DNA of 64,000 nucleotides from Elusimicrobiota bacterium (GTDB taxonomy: Bacteria > Elusimicrobiota > Elusimicrobia > UBA1565 > JACRDR01): the NCBI GenBank assembly GCA_041694815.1, contig JBGFSC010000029.1, positions 20,302 to 84,301 of the forward strand. Reading direction: 5' to 3'. The translations under genes were made by a program, and so were the position numbers. The first letter of the stretch is position 1; each line of letters opens with the position of its first letter. This document shows positions 57,145 to 64,000 of this stretch, one piece after another. A model generated the notes under the pieces. The model made no database searches and had not been told where the DNA came from. It saw nothing but the letters and a program-made list of their open reading frames with translations.

Positions 57145-59660
57145 GGCCAGGCCCCCGTGAAATCCTTGTTCGGCGTGTCCTGGCCGGCCGTTACCGAGAC
57201 GCCGGTTTTGGTTTGGGTCTTGTAGCTCACCGTGCCGGTTTCCGTATTGACGGTGGGATAGAAGGCCCGCATGTTGTAAGTGCCGCCGCGCACGGCGAGG
57301 CTGTATTTGCCGTCGGCCTTGCTGGACACCGAATACAGGGGATTGGAAAGGGCCGGTGCGGAAGAGCCGTAAATCGACGTCGGAGGGTCGTTGATCGTTC
57401 CGGAGCTGGCGATGATGAGCACGCCGGTGGTGATGGCCGAGCCGTTGTGTTCCACCTTCCCGCTGATCGAGCCCATGCCGCCCGAGACGGTGAACGTCCC
57501 CACGAAGACGCTGGACCCCGGCGCCGTAACGGTCGCCGTCGAGGGATCGGGAGCGGCGGTATAGGTTTGGAAGGGATCGAGCACGGGCGAAACGGTGTAG
57601 TAGCTCGCCGAGGTCGAGACCGTGATATAGAAGCGCCCCGTGTTGTCGGTCGGGGCTTCGTACGTCAGGCTTCCTAGGGTGGCCTTGACGACGATGTTCG
57701 GAAGCGCTCCGGACCCCGAGGTGACGTAGCCAGTGATGGTGCCCGCCTGAGCGAGACGGAAATAGGGGGAAGCCGGGATGACCGAGAGTGCCCCCTCGGT
57801 GACGGTTCCGACCGCGGCATCCGTCGAATAATTGCCGTTGTCCGAGTTGAAATTGGCGTTGACGGTCACCGCCCCCGCCGCCACGTTGAGGAAATAGAAC
57901 CCGTTGGAGGAGGTGCGGGTCGTCACTCCACCGGCCTCAACTAGGATACCGGAGAGGGGGACGGCGCTGACGTTGTACACGTAGCCTTGGATGAAGCCTC
58001 CGGTGGTGGAGGATTTTAACACAGAAGAATAATAGCCCGCGGCGGGCCAGGAGGGGGTGGTGAGATTATTGGGGATGCGCGTCGTGGCACCTTGCGTCAC
58101 CGAGACATTCGTCGTCTCCGCCTTGTAGGGCCCGTCGATCATCGTGACCGTGATCGTGCCGGTGGCAACCCGGGTGAGCGTGAACTGGGCATATTCCGCG
58201 TTGGTCCCCGAGTTGACGACCTGCGCCTGCGCGGGGTTCGAGAGTCCGTCGGAGGCGAAAACAAAGGCGGTTCTAGCCGGCTGTCCGCTTACCGGAATTT
58301 GCGTGGTCGAAGAGTTTCGAGGCCCCACGTTAATCGGATTGGATAGGATGAAATTGTTGGCATTGTTGTCCGTATCATAGGCATTTCCATAACCGGAGCT
58401 CATCGTGCCCGTGCTGGTTAGGCGAATCAATTGCTCGTTATCGTTAAGTCCACCGGTCAAGGTAATTACGGTTGTTTCCCTATAGCCGACAGGAGGATTT
58501 GGGCCTCCATCTTTCTCCCATGCGACACGATCGTAGATCGGGCCGGAGGAACCTTTACGGATGATAATCCCGCCATCAGCGTCGTCCTTTATCTTGTCGG
58601 CTTGGGTTGTGTAACGAGCATCGGCTGTTCTAACCACTCCTAAAATTGTGAATGTGGAGGCACTTGCGATTAAATAATACCCCTGCGAAGGGAGTGTCGT
58701 ATTCGTATACGTCAAGTCTATGGTTTCATCGGAGCCGCCGCTTTCCTTTTCGCGATACCGTAGTTCTAGATTTGAGGCGTTGATGGTCCAAGCGTAAGTG
58801 GTGGGATTGTAGAGCTCCACATATTCGACCTCGCCCCCGGCGTCGGTTCCCGTGCTAGAGACCACCTGGCTGATGAGTATATTGGTGGATATCCAGACGG
58901 TGCCGCTGACGGTGCCGGTGCCGATCTCGACCAAGGCGAAATTTTGGGTCGTCATGGCGCTTCGGGAGGCCACGAGATTGGTCACCGTCTGCGAAAAGAA
59001 GCCGGCCGAGGAGCAGACCAGCGAGTAGGTGCCCCGTGCGACCTCGAAGCTGTAATCGCCGCTTGCGTCGGAAACGTCCTTCCAGTTATTGTTGCCGACC
59101 ACCTTGATCTCGGCGCCGGGCAAGTTCGCGCCCGAGCCCTGGACGGTGACCTTTCCCTTGAAACCCGAATCGAGCGCCGCGGCCGAGGGATTGGCGAAAA
59201 GGCTCTTGATCTCGATCTTCTTATGGTCGCCGCTTTTCCATAATACATATACGGTGACCTGCTTGATTCCGGTGTCGTTGGAGCTGTAGGAGACCGTCGA
59301 GATCGAGGTCCCGGACATGTCGACGTAGGCGACGTGTACGGCGCGGGTAAACGAGGGTTGGCCCCAGAGCGTGATGGTTTCGGGCGGGTAGGCGGCGTTG
59401 TCATAGATCAAGTCAGGCTCGTAGTCGGTGTTGGTGATGGTAACCGAGGTGACCAGCAGCTGGAAGTAGGAGTAGTTTTTAAGCACCTCCATGCGTTCCT
59501 GGGCGATATTGGTGGCGATGGTCTTGGTGCGGGACTGGCTGATGGCCTTGGCGACGAAGGCGAAGGCGCCGATGCCGCCGAGCACCACGGTCGTGAGGAT
59601 GGCCACGGCGATCATTAGCTCCGCGAGGGTAACTCCCCGGCGATTGAATCCGCGTATCAT
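57141..59660 (-). CDS. Giant prepilin (PilV-like) fused to carboxypeptidase-regulatory-like repeats and a lamin-tail-like domain
   Basis: RRG|VTLAELMIA; repeated beta-sandwich units (G.ISG.V...LPGA.I...SD..G.Y); ILISQV..EYVELYNPT..DRVAW..DTDNNANNF..PRNS. Confidence 0.8.
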   Translation of the reverse strand: MIRGFNRRGVTLAELMIAVAILTTVVLGGIGAFAFVAKAISQSRTKTIATNIAQERMEVLKNYSYFQLLVTSVTITNTDYEPDLIYDNAAYPPETITLWGQPSFTRAVHVAYVDMSGTSISTVSYSSNDTGIKQVTVYVLWKSGDHKKIEIKSLFANPSAAALDSGFKGKVTVQGSGANLPGAEIKVVGNNNWKDVSDASGDYSFEVARGTYSLVCSSAGFFSQTVTNLVASRSAMTTQNFALVEIGTGTVSGTVWISTNILISQVVSSTGTDAGGEVEYVELYNPTTYAWTINASNLELRYREKESGGSDETIDLTYTNTTLPSQGYYLIASASTFTILGVVRTADARYTTQADKIKDDADGGIIIRKGSSGPIYDRVAWEKDGGPNPPVGYRETTVITLTGGLNDNEQLIRLTSTGTMSSGYGNAYDTDNNANNFILSNPINVGPRNSSTTQIPVSGQPARTAFVFASDGLSNPAQAQVVNSGTNAEYAQFTLTRVATGTITVTMIDGPYKAETTNVSVTQGATTRIPNNLTTPSWPAAGYYSSVLKSSTTGGFIQGYVYNVSAVPLSGILVEAGGVTTRTSSNGFYFLNVAAGAVTVNANFNSDNGNYSTDAAVGTVTEGALSVIPASPYFRLAQAGTITGYVTSGSGALPNIVVKATLGSLTYEAPTDNTGRFYITVSTSASYYTVSPVLDPFQTYTAAPDPSTATVTAPGSSVFVGTFTVSGGMGSISGKVEHNGSAITTGVLIIASSGTINDPPTSIYGSSAPALSNPLYSVSSKADGKYSLAVRGGTYNMRAFYPTVNTETGTVSYKTQTKTGVSVTAGQDTPNKDFTGAWP

Positions 59661-59710
59661 GGGTTTAAGCCGCCACCGGCTTAAGCCCCAATAGTGTGGG
59701 GAATTTGTCC

Positions 59711-59746
59711 AATAAAATCAATGGGATGTTGGTCACATCCCATTGA
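59711..59746 (-). terminator. Intrinsic terminator of nrdJ
   Basis: 12-bp perfect inverted repeat TCAATGGGATGT/ACATCCCATTGA followed by TTTTATT on the minus strand. Confidence 0.7.
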
Positions 59747-59768
59747 GGCTATTCCCAAGCAGACTTTT

Positions 59769-62309
59769 TTACGAGCACTCCGAATAGCCGCAATCGTGGC
59801 AGGTGGGCCCGGAGCAGCCCGATTCATGCGCCACGTTCGACGAGTAGCACTTGGGGCAGTACTGCGCCCGGGTCAGCTCGAGAAACTCGGCCTTGTTCTT
59901 GGCCTCCTCGGCGCTGGAGTCGTCGAGCCACCCCGTCTTCTTGAGATGCGTGCGCAGGGCGATGGAGACCGCGTGGGCGATCGAGTTGACGTGGTTGTCC
60001 CCGAAGCCGACGGGGCGGTCCCCCTTGACGGCGTTCAAGTGCTTGAGGATCTTGATCGGGTCCCCGCCCTCCGCGAAATACTTGGAGAGCAAAATGCCCA
60101 TCAGCGAGGTCAATCCCGAGATCTCCGTCCCCAGGGGGGGGATGTTGGTGAAGACCTGGTAAGGACCCAGCTCGTCGTAGTTGATGTGGATGTGCAGCGG
60201 GCCGTAGCCGGTCTTGATCAGGTAATACTCCGACTTGACCCCGAAGGCGTCGGCCGGGTCGCGGCGGCGCTTCTTGGGCAGCGCGGCGGGCGTAGAGCCG
60301 GAGGAGAGGTTGAGCACCTGCTGGCTCTTGGACCCGTCGCGGTAGATGGTGATGCCCTTGCAGCCCAGCTCGTAGGCCATCAGGTAGGCGCGGCGCACAT
60401 CCTCGACCGTCGCCGCGTTGGGCAGGTTGATCGTCTTAGAGACGCCGTTGTCGGTGCTTTTCTGGAAGGCCGCCTGCATGCGCACGTGCACGTCCACCGA
60501 GACGTCGTGCGAGGTCGGGAACAGCCGCTGGATATGCGCCGGGATCTCGTTAATCCCCCGCACGGCCTTGTGGTTGTCGTTGATCTTCTTCCAGAGCGCC
60601 GCCTCGGTGAGACCAAAGAAGTTGTTCTTCTCCGCGATCTCCTTAAAGAGCGGGTTGACCTCAAAGAAGACGTCCTTGGTGTCGGGCGCCTCGCCCTTCT
60701 TGATCGCGTCGAGGGCCTTGGCGTTATAGCGCGTATAGGCCACGGCGAAGAAGGGCTCTATGCCTCCGCCCTGCAGGCCGGCCGCGATGGCGATGGTGCC
60801 GGTCGGGGCGATCGTGGTGCGCGCGCAATTGCGCGCGACGTGCGTCTCGCCCCGGTAATGCGGGCCGTTGGGATCGTAGATCGAGTCCTTCCAGTTCGGG
60901 AATGGGCCGCGGTCCTTGGCCAGCTGCTCGGAGCACTGCAGCGCGGTCGTATTGATGAAGCGCATGACCTTCTCTCCCAGCTCGAGGGCGGCGGGGGAGT
61001 CGTAGGGGATGCCCAGCTTGACCAGGCATTCCGCCCAGCCCATCACGCCCAGGCCGATGCGCCGGTTGCCCTTGGCCATTTTTTCAATCTCGGGCAGCGG
61101 GTAATTGTTGACCTCGATGATGTCGTCGAGCATGCGGATGGCCAGTTGTACCGCGGCCTCCAGACGCTTGAAGTTGAGCGCGCCTTCCATGGTCGGCCCC
61201 TCGACGAAGTTGGCCAGGTTCAGGGAGCCCAGGTTGCAGGGCTCCCAGGGCAAGAGCGGCTGCTCGCCGCAGGGGTTGGTGCTCTCGATCTGCCCAAGGG
61301 CCGGGGTCGGGTTGGAGCCGGAATTGTTGATCCGATCGATGACGACGTAGCCTGGATCGCCAGACTTCCAGGCGTATTCGACCATCATGTCGAATATCTC
61401 TTTGGCCCGCGCCTTGCCGGCGACCTCGCCCGTGCGCGGGTTGATCAGGTCGTATTCGGCGTCGGTGGCGACCGCCTTCATGAACTTGTCGTCGATGGCG
61501 ACCGAGACGTTGAAGTTCTCCATGACCGCGGCCTGGGATTTCATGACGATGAAATCCTTGATCTCGGGATGGGTGTAATGCAGGATGCCCATGTTGGCGC
61601 CGCGCCGGGTGCCGCCCTGCTTGACGACGTCGGTCATCTTGTCGAAGATCTGCATGAAGGATAGGGCGCCGGAAGCCACGCCCTGCGTCTTCTTGACCAC
61701 GTCCCCCTTGGGGCGCAGCTGGCTAAAGGAGAAGCCGGTCCCGCCACCGGATTTCTGGATCAGGGACTGGGCGGAGAGGGACTTGGTGATGGCCTCCATC
61801 GAGTCCGGTACGGGCAGCACGTAGCACGCCGAGAGCTGCTGCAGCTCCCGGCCCGCGTTCATGAGCGTGGGCGAATTGGGCAGGAAATCCCATTGGCTCA
61901 TGAGTTCGTAATAGCGGGACTGCCAGGCGTCGACGAAGCGCCGCGCCTCCGGGTGCTTGGCGTAGGCGCTCTCGAGATTGCGCATGAGGCGCATGAAATT
62001 CAAATCGCGTTCGGAAGACTCCTGGAGGTCCTCATGGAAGAGCACCATCCGCGAGGGGCGGCTCCCCGCGCCGGAGGCGGCGCTGGAGTGGACGATGTGG
62101 TGCACCCCGTTGAAGACCCCCCATTTCTCCGCGTCCGCATGGAAGAGCATTTCCGCCAGCGCCACGTTGTGGGCCACGCCGGAAAGCCATTGCTCCACGC
62201 TCGCGGCGTCGCGCAGGTACTTGTCCTTGATAACCTTCCACTGGTTCTCGCTTAAGCGTAGCTTGGCGGGCTTTTTGGAGGAATGCTCGTCGGCGGTTTT
62301 TTGTTTCAC
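59769..62309 (-). CDS. nrdJ: Adenosylcobalamin-dependent (class II) ribonucleotide reductase
   Basis: [44 protein letters not shown]-terminal TSCPD-like and CPKC..CHDC zinc ribbon; GAGGG SD before GTG 62309. Confidence 0.95.
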   Translation of the reverse strand: MKQKTADEHSSKKPAKLRLSENQWKVIKDKYLRDAASVEQWLSGVAHNVALAEMLFHADAEKWGVFNGVHHIVHSSAASGAGSRPSRMVLFHEDLQESSERDLNFMRLMRNLESAYAKHPEARRFVDAWQSRYYELMSQWDFLPNSPTLMNAGRELQQLSACYVLPVPDSMEAITKSLSAQSLIQKSGGGTGFSFSQLRPKGDVVKKTQGVASGALSFMQIFDKMTDVVKQGGTRRGANMGILHYTHPEIKDFIVMKSQAAVMENFNVSVAIDDKFMKAVATDAEYDLINPRTGEVAGKARAKEIFDMMVEYAWKSGDPGYVVIDRINNSGSNPTPALGQIESTNPCGEQPLLPWEPCNLGSLNLANFVEGPTMEGALNFKRLEAAVQLAIRMLDDIIEVNNYPLPEIEKMAKGNRRIGLGVMGWAECLVKLGIPYDSPAALELGEKVMRFINTTALQCSEQLAKDRGPFPNWKDSIYDPNGPHYRGETHVARNCARTTIAPTGTIAIAAGLQGGGIEPFFAVAYTRYNAKALDAIKKGEAPDTKDVFFEVNPLFKEIAEKNNFFGLTEAALWKKINDNHKAVRGINEIPAHIQRLFPTSHDVSVDVHVRMQAAFQKSTDNGVSKTINLPNAATVEDVRRAYLMAYELGCKGITIYRDGSKSQQVLNLSSGSTPAALPKKRRRDPADAFGVKSEYYLIKTGYGPLHIHINYDELGPYQVFTNIPPLGTEISGLTSLMGILLSKYFAEGGDPIKILKHLNAVKGDRPVGFGDNHVNSIAHAVSIALRTHLKKTGWLDDSSAEEAKNKAEFLELTRAQYCPKCYSSNVAHESGCSGPTCHDCGYSECS

Positions 62310-62380
62310 GAATCCCTCTTTTCGCTTAAAAATCCCCGTCGCGTACCGGACGACGGGGTCTGAGGACGATTCCTGCAGAC

Positions 62381-62409
62381 AGTGTAACACCAAACCCGTT
62401 TCCTGTCAA
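62381..62409 (-). promoter_or_regulatory. nrdJ promoter
   Basis: TTGACA-N17-TACACT with extended -10 TG. Confidence 0.75.
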
Positions 62410-62412
62410 GCC

Positions 62413-62460
62413 TGTTAATATATGGCACTTGATAGTAAGTAAATGACACTATATGGCATC
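62413..62460. promoter_or_regulatory. Tandem NrdR-box-like operators
   Basis: TATATGGCA at 62419 and 62450 (31-bp period); cores TAATATATGG and CACTATATGG resemble the NrdR consensus CwATATATwG, upstream of an RNR gene. Confidence 0.6.
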
Positions 62461-62517
62461 TTCTCCTGGGACCTTTTTAGGCCTTGACTCGCCGCCGGAA
62501 TCCGCTATAATGCCCTC

Positions 62518-62609
62518 AAGGGACACCCCGCTTGCGGGGCTACCTACATAAACTCCACGCGGCAGCGCCGCGGGAGAGAGAAAATCCCCGAATAGGGGAT
62601 TTTCTATTT
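62518..62609 (+). ncRNA. Candidate small RNA (~90 nt, three hairpins)
   Basis: TTGACT(62484)-N16-TATAAT(62506) promoter, two GC-rich hairpins, terminator AGAAAATCCCC-GAATA-GGGGATTTTCT, no ATG inside. Confidence 0.55.
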
Positions 62610-62643
62610 GACACGGCCGCCGAGAAGGGTTATAAACGCTTCG

Positions 62644-63663
62644 GTGCATTCCCTCTCGCGATTGATCCAGGAGGCCATCGGCCGCCCCGCCGCCAGCCGC
62701 GAGGCGCTCTACCGGCGCCTTCTCGAGAATCCCACCCAATTGCTCTATATCGACGCGCCGGGGCGGCCCGAGAGCCTCGGCCCGACGCCCCGGAACTTTT
62801 CCGTCTGGGCGCACGCCGACCCTCTCTTCGGGGGCGTATGGGTGCCGGTGTTCACCAGCCGCGAATCGGTCGCCAGCTTCGTGGACTTGCAGGAGCTCGA
62901 GCCGGGCGAGGACAGGGAGTTCTATTGGATGGAGCATGAGGCGGGGAAGGTGTATTCCCTGCTACAGACCGTCGACCGGTTCGCGGGGATACTGCTGGAG
63001 CCCCGCGGCGGGCCCGGCCTGGCCGTCGGCTGGCCGGAGGTCAACGCGCTCTCGGAGGGGCGGCTTCCCGGCGAGGCCCCTTTCCTATATGACTTGCCCC
63101 GGGCGGAGTTCCGTCTGCCCTCCGAGGCCAAGGTGCGCGTCGCCGAGATGGACGAGGAGCTGACGGGGCTCGGCGGCCGGCAGGCCCTATTTTCGGACGT
63201 GGAGTGCCGGCCGGAGGATTTCCGCAGCTTGGTCGGCCTGCGCTTGGAACTGGGTCCCGGCCCGGCCGAGACCGTATGGACCCCCTGCCGCCATTTCGCC
63301 GCCGCCCTTTCCGGCTGGACGAAGCGAAGGCCCACCGCGGACTCGATGCATTTCCTGCTGCGATGCCTGTCGGCTTTCGAGATGTACGGGGACGCCGAGG
63401 CCCTTTGCGAGCGGTTGGCCGATCAGGGTGAGGAGGTCTTCGCCTGGCTGGAGCTCTCGAGCATTTACCAAAGGACCGGCAGGCCGGACTGCTGCGCGCA
63501 ATTATGCGAGAAGGGGATCTCCAAGTACTCCAAGGAAAAGGGTTTTTATCTCCTTCAGGCCAGGGCCTACGCCCAACTCGACGATCGCGCGGCCGCCCAG
63601 CAATCGGCCCGCCGCGGCCTCAAGCAATTCCCAGGCGACGCGGCGTTGTTGCGCTTCCTTTAA
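62644..63663 (+). CDS. SseB-like N-terminal domain + TPR protein
   Basis: WVPVFTSRESV (SseB-like), C-terminal TPR helices; TTGACA-N17-TATAAA lies 7 nt before GTG 62644. Confidence 0.65.
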   Translation: MHSLSRLIQEAIGRPAASREALYRRLLENPTQLLYIDAPGRPESLGPTPRNFSVWAHADPLFGGVWVPVFTSRESVASFVDLQELEPGEDREFYWMEHEAGKVYSLLQTVDRFAGILLEPRGGPGLAVGWPEVNALSEGRLPGEAPFLYDLPRAEFRLPSEAKVRVAEMDEELTGLGGRQALFSDVECRPEDFRSLVGLRLELGPGPAETVWTPCRHFAAALSGWTKRRPTADSMHFLLRCLSAFEMYGDAEALCERLADQGEEVFAWLELSSIYQRTGRPDCCAQLCEKGISKYSKEKGFYLLQARAYAQLDDRAAAQQSARRGLKQFPGDAALLRFL

Positions 63664-63817
63664 TCTGTCTGACGGCATATATTTTTGGGAGTCTTTCCTG
63701 CGCCTGTTGGCGGCGCAGAAAAAAGAGGCTTGGTCACCGGAAATTGGGACCTAAAGCGCGTTAGTTTCTGCAATTGTCGCCGCGGTTTCTTTGTAGCCAT
63801 CAAAAAATCTTGCTGAG

Positions 63818-63826
63818 TTATCCACA
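63818..63826 (+). promoter_or_regulatory. Perfect DnaA box in AT-rich intergenic region
   Basis: TTATCCACA exact consensus; only one copy in the visible region. Confidence 0.45.
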
Positions 63827-64000
63827 GAAAAATCCGTGACCTGTGCGACGAAAAATAACTACAATTCAAAGATAATTTTGTTTCACTCCTGTCCGGTTAA
63901 AGTTGGAGGCATAGCTGGAGGTCTTGACGCCTGAGGCGGTCGAGCCTTTTGGGGTTGAGGTGGAGCAGATCGAAAAGCGAGGCTCGCTCAAGCAAGGTTT

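Noticed and set aside
62310..62380. Cobalamin riboswitch upstream of nrdJ
   Set aside because: Leader is too short and lacks a B12-box; only one hairpin.

Overview
GC-rich, very densely coded bacterial chromosome segment. The gene set and style suggest a free-living Elusimicrobiota-like diderm (inference, not tested). It is mostly housekeeping: uvrC, rpsT, holA, lptE, leuS, pepA, folE, a class A PBP, tRNA-Leu(UAA)-psd-pssA, tmk-holB-metG and class II RNR nrdJ. It also carries type IV pilus genes (GYF-domain protein, pilT, pilC, and a separate 3-gene minor-pilin operon with an 839-aa pilin-adhesin) and a complete A-type cytochrome c oxidase operon with heme A/O synthases. A ~10.6-kb operon joins TRL-like proteins, a Cld/ChdC-family heme protein, a TMTC-like GT-C glycosyltransferase, a GH38 mannosidase and a sugar ABC importer. 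No transposase, integrase, prophage or CRISPR array was seen. The most notable non-obvious signals are: (i) sigma70-like -10 boxes 6-9 nt before the start codon at most operon heads, implying leaderless mRNAs and compact bidirectional promoters; (ii) an unannotated ~90-nt three-hairpin sRNA candidate with its own promoter and terminator, divergent from nrdJ beside tandem NrdR-like boxes; (iii) an AT-shifted lamin-tail-like module inside the giant pilin; (iv) a two-gene insertion of secreted hydrolases in the leuS-lptE-holA block. All calls are from manual motif reading; no database searches were run.
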